From Candidatus Micrarchaeota archaeon (GTDB taxonomy: Archaea; Micrarchaeota; Micrarchaeia; Anstonellales; Bilamarchaeaceae), in the NCBI GenBank assembly GCA_038046765.1, contig JBBSVN010000007.1, positions 1 to 64,000 on the forward strand: DNA of 64,000 nt. Reading direction: 5' to 3'. Below the pieces are notes generated by a model. That model was not told the DNA's origin and made no database searches. It saw only the letters and a list, made by a program, of their open reading frames with translations. Shown here one piece after another: positions 9,794 to 19,164 of this stretch (its first letter is position 1; every line of letters begins with the position of its first letter). The translations under genes and the position numbers were made by a program.

Positions 9794-11747
9794 AGCACAA
9801 AAAGAATTTGATACACTTGAAGAAGTCCGAAAGCGTGGCATGGGTAAAAGAACAGAATCAATATTTAGTTTTTACCAGGATAAGGGATTAAAAATTAATG
9901 ACGTTAAGGAGCTTACTTCTATAATCAATTCCTCAAAAGGTGCCGAGGGTAAATTAAAAGCAACTCTATTTGCAAAACTTGCCCAGCAAAGCCCGATAAA
10001 AGCAATCGAACTTGAAATTGCAGAATATAAACGAAAAGGGGTTGCCGTACCAAAAGTATCAGAGGAAAAGGCATACGAATTAGCTGGAAAAATTGGGAAC
10101 CAAAGAGAAAACTATGATAATGCAAGCAAATATTTGGCACAAACTCTGCATCCCCCTAGTAAGAAATTAGAGGAAACTAGTTATGTAAGCGCATATCAGG
10201 TAGAACAAGGTCAAAAATTCTTTTCCGGAACTAGCATGGGTTCTGTAAAAATAAAGGTTGAAGGCAAAGAGACTACGGTTAATTCTGCTCTTACTGAATG
10301 TGCTAAACTTTCTGGTGAAGTTAAATTAAATCGATTCAGGGAGATAGTTGGTGAAATTGGGGAAAAATTCAGGATAAAAAAAGGGGAGAAAAACGATTTG
10401 GGGTTATCTTACAATGTACTATCCACTAATCCGGAAGAATTACTTAGTCAAAAATCTTTCAATTGCTTTTCAGGTACAATAACCCTGGGGCAAATGGTCG
10501 CGTATGCAGCAAGTAAAGTTGGTTTAGAAAAAGAAATTAGCGTAAGTATGCAACAAGTAGCATCTTTTACTCAAAATATCAGAGCAAGAAATTGGGATGA
10601 TGCTGGTCACGCTATTTTAAGAATTGAAATTAAGGGTCAGCCAAATATTTTTCTTGACACTACAAATGCAGCTACAGGTAATCACATTGAAAATCTTTCA
10701 TCTAAAACTGGTCGTATTGTTAGTGATCGCAATAATAACTTAGTTTATAAAATTGGGGAAAAATTACCTATTGATCAGAGAATAACTGAAGTTGCAAAAT
10801 TCCAGGACAATTTATTTGATAATCCTATTTTGTCTCAAAGCGATTTAGAAAAAATCTCAAAAATGCCTCCTGTTTTTATTTCTTATTTTATAAACTATGC
10901 TAATGATAGCCAAAAGTCTGCATTTTTCAAAAAATTTGACAAAGATAAAATTGCAAAAATTGAAAGTACTGCTTTACAATTTAAGTTATATGCTGCCGCA
11001 GCGGTTAGTTTTGATCGTAATAGCAATGAACGATCGAGTTTAGAATACGGCGACCTTGCGCTTAAAGCCTTAGAAAAAGCACAAAGGACAAGTTCTGAAA
11101 TTGTAAAATTGCCCTCTGCAAGTTACATCGGTGCAACTGTCCGGATAATGCAAATGACGAGTAATAAAAATAATCCGCAATACTTGAGTGCATTAAACTA
11201 TTTGTATCGGACGATAAATTCTACTAATCCCGATCAATTAAAAAAATCCGGTTCAGACGCGCGATTATTGTTAACCAATTTTTATATCGAAAATAAGACT
11301 ACAATGTCCAAAGAAGTTGCGATCCAATACGCAAGGTCAATCGTAAATATTAATTTTTCCGTTGAAAATATTTCTGAGGATGCTAAAAAAGTCCTTGACA
11401 ATGTTTATTTACGGCTTGGAATCAACAGAACCGAATTTGTAAATGAAATTGTTCCAAACACTATTGCAGGTATAAATAAAAATGATGTTTTGGGGCACGA
11501 AAAATCTATTTCCCATCGTATTGAATTAAATGCTCTTGAATTAACTGACCGTGTTTTAAAAGTAGATTATAATTTCGATGCGATATCAATAGAAATAATT
11601 TCGTATAATTCCGGGGATCCAAAGACTCTTCCGCTTGTTGTTCTACGTAATTTTCAGAAAATGATTATCAAAAAAGATATTCGTGAAAAATTGGTTAGTG
11701 AAGATGGTGTGTTCTTGAGTGCATTAAAATCTGGCGGTTTAGTTTGA
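9786..11747 (+). CDS. Large orphan protein with putative transglutaminase/papain-like Cys-His-Asp triad
   Basis: LLSQKSFNCFSG ... GHAILRI ... FLDTT spacing, followed by a helical C-terminal region. Confidence 0.55.
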   Translation: MAEAQKEFDTLEEVRKRGMGKRTESIFSFYQDKGLKINDVKELTSIINSSKGAEGKLKATLFAKLAQQSPIKAIELEIAEYKRKGVAVPKVSEEKAYELAGKIGNQRENYDNASKYLAQTLHPPSKKLEETSYVSAYQVEQGQKFFSGTSMGSVKIKVEGKETTVNSALTECAKLSGEVKLNRFREIVGEIGEKFRIKKGEKNDLGLSYNVLSTNPEELLSQKSFNCFSGTITLGQMVAYAASKVGLEKEISVSMQQVASFTQNIRARNWDDAGHAILRIEIKGQPNIFLDTTNAATGNHIENLSSKTGRIVSDRNNNLVYKIGEKLPIDQRITEVAKFQDNLFDNPILSQSDLEKISKMPPVFISYFINYANDSQKSAFFKKFDKDKIAKIESTALQFKLYAAAAVSFDRNSNERSSLEYGDLALKALEKAQRTSSEIVKLPSASYIGATVRIMQMTSNKNNPQYLSALNYLYRTINSTNPDQLKKSGSDARLLLTNFYIENKTTMSKEVAIQYARSIVNINFSVENISEDAKKVLDNVYLRLGINRTEFVNEIVPNTIAGINKNDVLGHEKSISHRIELNALELTDRVLKVDYNFDAISIEIISYNSGDPKTLPLVVLRNFQKMIIKKDIREKLVSEDGVFLSALKSGGLV

Positions 11748-12431
11748 TTTTCTATATGCCTGAACTATCTTTTCAAATAAGGGGTACATGTTATTTCCTG
11801 TGATACTGTTCTCTGGTACTGGTTCCCAAATATCGTTTCTTTTTACTAGTCCTTCTAAAACCACATTATAGAGACCTTCCTGACCCCTAGCTTTAACCCT
11901 GTCTAAAAATGCCGTGTAAAAATTTATGTACATTTGGTATTCTGTTGGATTGTCTGGATCTTTGTTAAGGGTAGGTATATACATAGGCTTATCCGCCATA
12001 TAGGGTAGTGCAAAAATTACAATTGTATAAACTTCATCTTTTGATAAGTTATTTGAATCCAAATGGCAGGATAATGCTGTGTCTAATTGATATTGAACAC
12101 CCTTACCCATTGACGGTAATTTATAAATCATTGCCCTTAAACTTCCAAATGATCTTTTATAAAAATCCATTAGACCTTTTGCTCCATCATGCATAATTAT
12201 ATTCGCAATCATTTTCTGTAATTCCGGTAATTTGACGTCTAATTCTTGATACGTTTTAATTGTTTTAAGTAATTCGATTGCAGGATCGACTTTGGAAACA
12301 CGAATAGGTTCGCTTATAGTGGGTGATTGTTTGCTGTTTCTTTTTGCTGGTTCGCAGCCGTTAACTAACGTCGCTGCAACTGCAAGCGTTCCAATTGCGT
12401 TTCGAGTTTGTCTTCCCACATTTTTAAACAT
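11739..12431 (-). CDS. Hypothetical protein, possible lipoprotein
   Basis: Basic N-terminus, hydrophobic stretch, then NGC. Confidence 0.55.
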   Translation of the reverse strand: MFKNVGRQTRNAIGTLAVAATLVNGCEPAKRNSKQSPTISEPIRVSKVDPAIELLKTIKTYQELDVKLPELQKMIANIIMHDGAKGLMDFYKRSFGSLRAMIYKLPSMGKGVQYQLDTALSCHLDSNNLSKDEVYTIVIFALPYMADKPMYIPTLNKDPDNPTEYQMYINFYTAFLDRVKARGQEGLYNVVLEGLVKRNDIWEPVPENSITGNNMYPLFEKIVQAYRKSN

Positions 12432-12519
12432 ATTATAACTTGTGTTTAAAACGGTTTATAAATCCTCGCTTTATCTTAAAATCCCAAACTTTTTTAACTT
12501 TCTTTGATAAGTAGTTGTT

Positions 12520-12792
12520 ATGGAACAAATGCAAAGAACTACAGAAGAACTTGCAGAAACAGCAGTAAATCGAAATAAAAAACCGGCAGAAAGGATAGAT
12601 GCACTAAATGCTTTAGTTCGAAGTAGTGATCCATCACAAAAAATAAGTATTACGATTGCTTACGTTCAACCTGGTAACATGGAAATAAAAGCAAAAAGCG
12701 TTTTAGAATTAGTTCGAAGTCTTGCCTCAACAGCAGAAAAAGATCCTTTAGTTAAAAATGCGGCGAAAGCTGCTCTGAAGAAGATGGAATAA
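12520..12792 (+). CDS. Small helical (HEAT-like) hypothetical protein
   Basis: ERIDALNAL and DPLVKNAAKAAL helices. Confidence 0.5.
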   Translation: MEQMQRTTEELAETAVNRNKKPAERIDALNALVRSSDPSQKISITIAYVQPGNMEIKAKSVLELVRSLASTAEKDPLVKNAAKAALKKME

Positions 12793-12835
12793 AATTAGAA
12801 ATAATAAAAATAAGAAAGAAAAGAAATTGTTTCAT

Positions 12836-13882
12836 TTAACCCTTTATCTTCCTCCTGTATTTCATATAAGTCGTATAATCGACAATTAGTTTTCGATCAA
12901 CGTATTCTTTAAGTAATGGAGCTAGGTTTCTTTTCTGTTCGATTACATCGCTAACAGTTAAGATAAATGAATCACTACCTGCTCCGCTTCCATATGAAGT
13001 TACGAGTATTTTATTCCCTGCTTTTGCCTCGTCTAATACTCCAGCTAAACCAACCATCGAAGCGCCCGAGTAAGTGTTTCCGATTACAGGAGTTAACAAA
13101 CCTGCTTTTAATTTTTCTGGTGCAACGCCTAATTTTCTACCAACTTCCATAGGAAATTTAGCATTTGGCTGATGGAATACTACATAATCAAAATCGTTAA
13201 TTTTCATTCCGGTTTTTTCTAAAATTGCTTTTGTAGAACCTATGACGTGTTTAAAATAAGCTGGTTCGCCAGTAAATCTGCCACCATGTGTTGGATAATC
13301 TGCGCCTTGTCTTCTCCAAAAATCAGGAGTATCAGTTGTATAAGATAAAGTATGATCGAGTGTTGCGATTATTTCGTTTTTATTTTTTCCAACAATTACT
13401 GCTGCGCCCCCACTTCCTGCGCTGTATTCTAAGGCATCGCCAGGTCTTCCTTGAGCCGTATCTGCTCCAATTGCCATTCCGTATTCGATTATGTCTGATC
13501 CGACCATTCCCATGATCATTTGTATTCCAGCAGTTCCTGCTTTACATGCAAATTCCAAATCGGCTGCGGTTGTGTGTGGTGTTGCTCCGATTGCTTCAGC
13601 TACGATTGTTGCGGTTGGCTTTACTGCGTAAGGGTGAGACTCGCTTCCGACGTAAACTGCGCCTATTTTTTTAGGACTTATTTTTGCGCGTTTAATTGCG
13701 TTTCTAGCCGCTTCGACACTAATTGTTGCCGCGTCTTCGTCAATTCCGCCTAATGCCTTTTCTTTAATCCCTAATCCTTTTTCTATTCGTTCTGGTTCTT
13801 CTCCCCAAACTCGTGCGATTTCCGCTGTTTTTATTCTGTAATAAGGAACGTATGCTCCATAACCGACTATACCTACTGTCAT
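12836..13882 (-). CDS. mvaS: Hydroxymethylglutaryl-CoA synthase (archaeal type)
   Basis: [22 protein letters not shown] (catalytic Cys), [24 protein letters not shown]. Confidence 0.96.
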   Translation of the reverse strand: MTVGIVGYGAYVPYYRIKTAEIARVWGEEPERIEKGLGIKEKALGGIDEDAATISVEAARNAIKRAKISPKKIGAVYVGSESHPYAVKPTATIVAEAIGATPHTTAADLEFACKAGTAGIQMIMGMVGSDIIEYGMAIGADTAQGRPGDALEYSAGSGGAAVIVGKNKNEIIATLDHTLSYTTDTPDFWRRQGADYPTHGGRFTGEPAYFKHVIGSTKAILEKTGMKINDFDYVVFHQPNAKFPMEVGRKLGVAPEKLKAGLLTPVIGNTYSGASMVGLAGVLDEAKAGNKILVTSYGSGAGSDSFILTVSDVIEQKRNLAPLLKEYVDRKLIVDYTTYMKYRRKIKG

Positions 13883-13902
13883 AGTTAATACCTCTTTAGT
13901 TA

Positions 13903-13979
13903 GCATTGAGCTTTGAGCATTGGGCTATTGAGCAAACGAAACGTGCTCAAAGCGCATGGCTACCTGCCCATGGCTGAAT
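13903..13979. repeat. Heptamer tandem repeat, two inverted arms
   Basis: GCATTGA GCTTTGA GCATTGG GCTATTGA ... GCTCAAA GCGCATG GCTACCT GCCCATG GCTGAAT. Confidence 0.75.
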
Positions 13980-14003
13980 AGTTAAGTTACTATTTCTTGT
14001 CTA

Positions 14004-14216
14004 TCTCGAGGCCAGAAAACTGTATGTCGGCCTCGATCTATGTCATGAACACCAGCAAGGGTTCATGAGCATGTTCGCGATGTCAGGAAGAAGCGTCTTC
14101 CTGATCATGCTCGTGAAGACATCTCTTCACGACAAGCCTTCTGGTCTTCGCGACATACAGAACCAACTTAATAAAATTAATCTTTATTAAATGGGAATAC
14201 ATATTTGGTTCTGTAT
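14004..14216. other. Highly structured non-coding element (ncRNA or DNA hairpin/protein-binding array)
   Basis: Four perfect 8-9 bp hairpins, 10-bp and 12-bp long-range complements, nine TCNNGA sites; 80/160 GC over 14001-14160. Confidence 0.7.
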
Positions 14217-14354
14217 ATAAGGGGTTTTAAAACTATTTGATTAGGATACGACGATTGCCTGAACACGGGTAATTAACTAAATATGCAGTAATTACTTTAA
14301 TTTATCCTCTGAAAAATTCCAGGTATAAATAGAAAAATACTAATTCAAGGCGAA

Positions 14355-14807
14355 CTACGCATTTGCTTTAGGTGGATTCTGTTCTCTTGCAGCATTCCTT
14401 GCAAACTTAAGGGTTTTGAGGTCATCTTCATATTTTGTCTTAGCTTCGTAGTATTTTTTGAAATTGTTTTCATATTTTTTAAATGTAAATTCATTATGTA
14501 AAAATGGGTAAGCTGCTAAAAAGGATCCGATAATACTACCTGCAATTATTGCATTTCCTAAGCCAGATGACAAGAATAAATAAGTTGTTCCAATTGCTCC
14601 ACCAATTAAAAGAGGAACTGCTATTTTTAATGAAAAATAACTTGGAAAAGCTGGTTCTTTAGGTGGCAAGGGATCTGATAAATTAATTACTTCAAAATAT
14701 TTTTTATACGCTTGAATGCTTGCGGTACGCTCGAAAGCTCGCTTTCGTTTTAAAGAAACGGTTTCTTTTAATTCTCCAATTATTTTTTCCCTTTTTAACT
14801 TAAACAT
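14355..14807 (-). CDS. Two-TM hypothetical protein, downstream of the kinase
   Basis: Hydrophobic hairpin; starts 3 nt after the kinase stop. Confidence 0.65.
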   Translation of the reverse strand: MFKLKREKIIGELKETVSLKRKRAFERTASIQAYKKYFEVINLSDPLPPKEPAFPSYFSLKIAVPLLIGGAIGTTYLFLSSGLGNAIIAGSIIGSFLAAYPFLHNEFTFKKYENNFKKYYEAKTKYEDDLKTLKFARNAAREQNPPKANA

Positions 14808-14810
14808 AAT

Positions 14811-15767
14811 TTAAGTAACCCCTTCAAGCGCACGTTTAACATCTTCAATTTTTTGATATCCTTCTTTTGGGTCTGAAATTGAAACTATTGCCCTTGCGCA
14901 GATTTCATCCATCATCGAAGGAATATTACGAATAGTACTTTGTCCTACGAAAGGACTTATCTCCCCAAGTAAACTGCCTGGTGTAAATCCAGTTCCTAAT
15001 TCCCCGCTTAAAATGTCGCGCATTAACAAACCAAAAGCCTGAATATCTAGTCTATAATCATATCTGTTTGCACAAAAAGTTTCTGGATCTATTACACCAG
15101 GTGTGCCCATCGCAACCATTGGATTAGTTGCTGCGGCTGCAGCTCCTCTAAGAAAGAGACTTGTTTCTCCTGCAAATTTTATCAAAGCAGCCTGGTCCAT
15201 GCAAGCTGCAGAACCAAAGTCAAAAATTCTAGCACTTAATAAGGTTCCGTTAACTCCAGATGCTGATTCGCTAATAAGTATACTTTGAGGTTTTATATCT
15301 CTGTGAATTATCTTTACTCTGCTATGTAATATAAACAAAGCCTCGCAAATTTGATCTAAGATTCTCTTTGCACCCTTCCAGTCTAATCGATGTTCAAAGA
15401 CATATTCACCTAGTGGCTTTGAGTTTCCAAATAGCTCCATAACAAAATAGGGTAAGCCATTAAACATTCCGTCATCAACTGAACTGACAAAGAATGAATT
15501 AAATTTTCTCATTGCCCTTGCAATCTGTTTTTCTCTATCAAAATGTGGTATTGTTTCCTTGTTCTCGCTACCATCTAATAAAGGAAATTTTATAGCAAAT
15601 TCTTTTCCAGTTTTTTCATCTTTAGCTTTAAAGACGATGCTCATGCTATGTTTTTCTTCTTTTTCCGGGCTTATAGAAATAGTTTCTTTAATTAAGTATG
15701 TCCTACTAGGGTTTGTTACTTTTGTACCAATATTTATCCTATCTAAAGTCGTTTTTTGTAAAACCAT
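14811..15767 (-). CDS. Hanks-type Ser/Thr protein kinase (divergent)
   Basis: FAIK, FDRE, YFVME, HRDIKPQS, DFG, GTPGVIDPE, DIQAFG; Gly-rich loop absent. Confidence 0.85.
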   Translation of the reverse strand: MVLQKTTLDRINIGTKVTNPSRTYLIKETISISPEKEEKHSMSIVFKAKDEKTGKEFAIKFPLLDGSENKETIPHFDREKQIARAMRKFNSFFVSSVDDGMFNGLPYFVMELFGNSKPLGEYVFEHRLDWKGAKRILDQICEALFILHSRVKIIHRDIKPQSILISESASGVNGTLLSARIFDFGSAACMDQAALIKFAGETSLFLRGAAAAATNPMVAMGTPGVIDPETFCANRYDYRLDIQAFGLLMRDILSGELGTGFTPGSLLGEISPFVGQSTIRNIPSMMDEICARAIVSISDPKEGYQKIEDVKRALEGVT

Positions 15768-15821
15768 ACTTATTTTATATATTGGCAAAAGGTAAAAAGA
15801 TTATCTAATTTACAAAAATAA

Positions 15822-16991
15822 CTATTCAGATACAACTATCGTTATGTCATCATTCTGATTTTGCACCATCTGTGCAAGAACTGCTTTTCTAAATAATCTT
15901 TCTGCAACTAGAACGGAATCTTCAGATAAATAATAGACGTTTCTTAATCGGGGGATCACACGTACAACACGATCGGTTAATCCATCACTAGCTAGAACGA
16001 CACGCGAAACTCCAGGTACGCGAACAGTATGGATATTTTCCATCTGTGCTCGCGTTAGAAGTTCATCAGAAAACTCATGTGCCGCGCCTAGTGGAAAACG
16101 AACATAATTGCGAAATGGACCGGGCATTTTATCTCCACCAATTTTAGAAATGCGTTTATCTTGCATCCTTAAAAATGTGCTAGAATCACCAATATATTTT
16201 AAGATTAAGTCATCCGCACGCCAAACGCACATAAACAGAGTTGTCGATCCATTATTCATTAAAAACGCATCGTCACCAGGTTTAGAAAATCTATTAAGTA
16301 AGTTAGTTATTTCAAAATGAATCTTTATAATTAGCGCGTTTATTTTAGTTGGATCAGTCAGTTCACTTTTTAGTTCTTCAAGCCGTTTTGCAGCATAATG
16401 ACTTGCAATTGCTGAATATTGGTAGCTACCTAGTCCATCAAGTACAGCTAAAACTCTAGTTTCTCCTTCTTTAAAAAGAACAAATCGATCTTGATTATGA
16501 ATAAGATCATAATAATTTGGTGAGTAAACTTTTCTTGCACTTACAGCGTAACCTAAGCCATTAGTACGCTTTCGATAAGAACCTAAAAAGCTTTCCAAAT
16601 TTAATGCTTGTAATTGAAATTCTTTGATTCTACTTAGGTCAATATCAACCATTTGATTAATACTTAAATCAATAAGTAATCGAAAAACAGGATGTTCTTT
16701 AAAATAACGTTCAATAATTCTTTTCGCATCTTGAATTTCCTGATGGACAGAAAGTTCAGAAATCCATTCATCTCCTTTTGGTGAATTTAGAATTTCATAC
16801 GTTCTTTGGATCGCTAAAGATCTTGCGTATTCAAATTCCATTGCAATCGGAATACTTTGAGTTCGGCCAGTTTTAGAATAAATTTCTTCTAACAAACCCC
16901 TAAGTTTAGCAATATCTTTAGTCTTTTGAACAATCTTTCGAGCGTCTTTTAAAAAATCTAAACGTTCTTTAGGAAAATGAGAGTGAGGCAT
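15822..16991 (-). CDS. PP2C/PPM-family Ser/Thr phosphatase with N-terminal extension
   Basis: NQDRF, VLDGLG, IGDS, LASDGL, NDDITIVV. Confidence 0.85.
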   Translation of the reverse strand: MPHSHFPKERLDFLKDARKIVQKTKDIAKLRGLLEEIYSKTGRTQSIPIAMEFEYARSLAIQRTYEILNSPKGDEWISELSVHQEIQDAKRIIERYFKEHPVFRLLIDLSINQMVDIDLSRIKEFQLQALNLESFLGSYRKRTNGLGYAVSARKVYSPNYYDLIHNQDRFVLFKEGETRVLAVLDGLGSYQYSAIASHYAAKRLEELKSELTDPTKINALIIKIHFEITNLLNRFSKPGDDAFLMNNGSTTLFMCVWRADDLILKYIGDSSTFLRMQDKRISKIGGDKMPGPFRNYVRFPLGAAHEFSDELLTRAQMENIHTVRVPGVSRVVLASDGLTDRVVRVIPRLRNVYYLSEDSVLVAERLFRKAVLAQMVQNQNDDITIVVSE

Positions 16992-17206
16992 AATTTCAAC
17001 TTTTAAATAAATTCTAATAAACATTAATAAACAGAATAAGGAACAAATAGTTTATAAAGTGTTGTAATAACACATTTTATGTGAAAAAAGACAAATAAGA
17101 AAAAGAAAGAAAGCACTGATTCTGCAAAAAAGGAATAAGGGCATTATACATCACCCCTATTAGAAGTTTAAATCGGGATTTACATTCAAGATTTACCTGG
17201 TGGTGC

Positions 17207-18262
17207 TTAAACTTGTTCAAGTACCTGTATTAAAGAATCCCGGGCGCCTTCTCGAACCCCCAATAGTCGAACGTCTAAGCGTTGGACTGCGAATGTTGTG
17301 TCTAATTCTACACGCACGGCTTTCGTCTCTAATTTTTGACCTTTCGTCCCAGAACTAACAGAAACATCACCAACTTCTTTTGGTGCAGATTTTGGTGATG
17401 GTAAGGTGGGTTTAATCCCGCCCCCAACAATAGGAGTTAATTCCTTAAGTGGACTTTCGTGAAAACTATCTCCGCCACGCATAGGTCTAAGAATATCTAA
17501 GTCTCTGCCAAAACCGTGCAAACCAACAAAAAGAGGAGGTATTACGACCTCAGGTTGTTCCACAACTTTATAAAGAAAAACAGATAGTACCCCTGCATTT
17601 TCTGGAGTGCTTGCGAGCATTGCTTCGCTCAGATTAACAAGCATCTGCGCTTTAAACAATTCCTGGCAAGACGGATCAGAAAAAAGTAAAACCGCAGCTG
17701 GATTAGAACCATTGATATATTGCCTTATTGTTCGATCTTTAGAAAGTACTACTGCCGCGATATATTGTTTATTCGCAAGTGCCTGCCTGATTCTCAATTG
17801 TATAAAAAATTCTGGAGTAAATTGTTCTTCTTCGGGTGCATCAGCTCTTGGAAATGGAAGAAAAGAGACTACTTCGATGGTTGGGCGAACATTAAATTGT
17901 TCAGAGCCTGAAACTTGAGATTTGAAATTCAAAGGTAATTCCATTGGATCATTAACACGATAAAGTAAAGGCATTGTCCATGCAACACTTAGATTTTCCC
18001 CTGGAACTACAACTGAAGCAGGAGCAACAACAGAGATATCCATAGGTAACGGCAATAAAGGAGTCACACGATCTGGAAAATCAGCTGAAAAATCGACTAC
18101 TCTTGAAATTCCTTTTTGATCAGTTCTTGGACTCACCCATTTTAAACCCGCGAGTTGATGCTGATCTTCCAAGGCTTTTGCAACTTCCCATGCACGTTCT
18201 ACTGCACTTGCTCTTTTACTTGCTCTAATTCTTTCTTGAATCGATAAAACCTGACTAGACAT
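17207..18262 (-). CDS. Hypothetical protein
   Basis: 351-aa ORF, Pro/Val-rich, no recognised motif. Confidence 0.65.
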   Translation of the reverse strand: MSSQVLSIQERIRASKRASAVERAWEVAKALEDQHQLAGLKWVSPRTDQKGISRVVDFSADFPDRVTPLLPLPMDISVVAPASVVVPGENLSVAWTMPLLYRVNDPMELPLNFKSQVSGSEQFNVRPTIEVVSFLPFPRADAPEEEQFTPEFFIQLRIRQALANKQYIAAVVLSKDRTIRQYINGSNPAAVLLFSDPSCQELFKAQMLVNLSEAMLASTPENAGVLSVFLYKVVEQPEVVIPPLFVGLHGFGRDLDILRPMRGGDSFHESPLKELTPIVGGGIKPTLPSPKSAPKEVGDVSVSSGTKGQKLETKAVRVELDTTFAVQRLDVRLLGVREGARDSLIQVLEQV

Positions 18263-18399
18263 AAAGATATTAAGATTCCAAAGAATTTTTAAAGATATGG
18301 TAAAGAGAGTTAAATAAAGTAGTATTTAAAAATCAATTAAACAAAGAAAAATAAAAAATAATAAAAGAAAAAAATAAAAAAAAAAGAATCGCTCGGTGT

Positions 18400-18963
18400 T
18401 TATTCAGTTACAATTAATTGTCCGCCCATTGTACTATGGCCAGATCCGCAGAATACTGAACATTTAAAACTAAACGTTCCAGATTTGTCTGCTACGAACG
18501 TGGTTTCTTTTGTTTGACCTGCTGATGCGAACAAGTTTACGTTGAATTGCGAAATTGAAATCCCATGATCAACATCAACGCTGTTTAAGATTAATTTAAC
18601 TGTATCTCCTTTTTTGACTGTTGCAGTTCCAGGAGAGAAATCCCATTTTTTAGCAGTGAATTTTACTTCAACAACCTTTGGTTCGCTCGTAACTGTTGGA
18701 GCTGGTGCGTTTGTAGTTGGTTTTGTTTCTGGCGCAGCTTGTTCGGTAGTTGTTGATGGCGTAGCTGAAACTGTTGGTTTAGTTTCACTTGGAGCGACTG
18801 TTTCTGTTTTAGCCTCGCTTGCTGGCGCGTTTGGCGTAGTTGTTTTTTCTACATTTGCGCTTACAGTTGTCTTGTCTGTTGCTGGAATTGTTTTTGATTC
18901 AGTACTTCCTGCACAACCAAATAATAGTGCAAATAACATTATCGATAATATAACTAATTTCAA
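18400..18963 (-). CDS. Lipoprotein with C-terminal cupredoxin domain
   Basis: LLFGC signal, T/P/A linker, DVDHG ... CSVFCGSGHSTM (CuA-like ligand motif); TTG start after GGTGA. Confidence 0.85.
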   Translation of the reverse strand: MKLVILSIMLFALLFGCAGSTESKTIPATDKTTVSANVEKTTTPNAPASEAKTETVAPSETKPTVSATPSTTTEQAAPETKPTTNAPAPTVTSEPKVVEVKFTAKKWDFSPGTATVKKGDTVKLILNSVDVDHGISISQFNVNLFASAGQTKETTFVADKSGTFSFKCSVFCGSGHSTMGGQLIVTE

Positions 18964-19076
18964 ATTATCACCTTTATTTTTTTATGCTTCTCTAGATATT
19001 TTGACTTGTCTTGATTTAATAAGAATTTTGATTAAATAAACGATAAAACGAATAATTTATAAAAAACTTGTTTTTG

Positions 19077-19152
19077 TACCCACAAAAGTAAAATGAAAAC
19101 TGTGGGTGTAACTGTTATACCCACTACATTTAAATATTTATGTGGGTATAAC
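19077..19152. promoter_or_regulatory. Palindromic operator sites around the TATA box of the Fic gene
   Basis: Perfect inverted repeat GTTATACCCAC (19114-19124)/GTGGGTATAAC (19142-19152) encloses TTTAAATA; a second pair TACCCACA/TGTGGGTG lies upstream. Confidence 0.7.
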
Positions 19153-19164
19153 TTTTTGATACAT

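Noticed and set aside
13903..14216. CRISPR array, tRNA, SRP RNA or RNase P RNA as the identity of the structured region
   Set aside because: There are no identical repeats with unique spacers, no cloverleaf, no SRP helix-8 motif and no RNase P GAGGAAAGUCC-type motif. No cas genes are in the window.
18614..19039. 141-aa plus-strand ORF, and the other short ORFs antisense to or nested in identified genes
   Set aside because: They overlap well-supported genes on the opposite strand or in another frame and have no motifs of their own.
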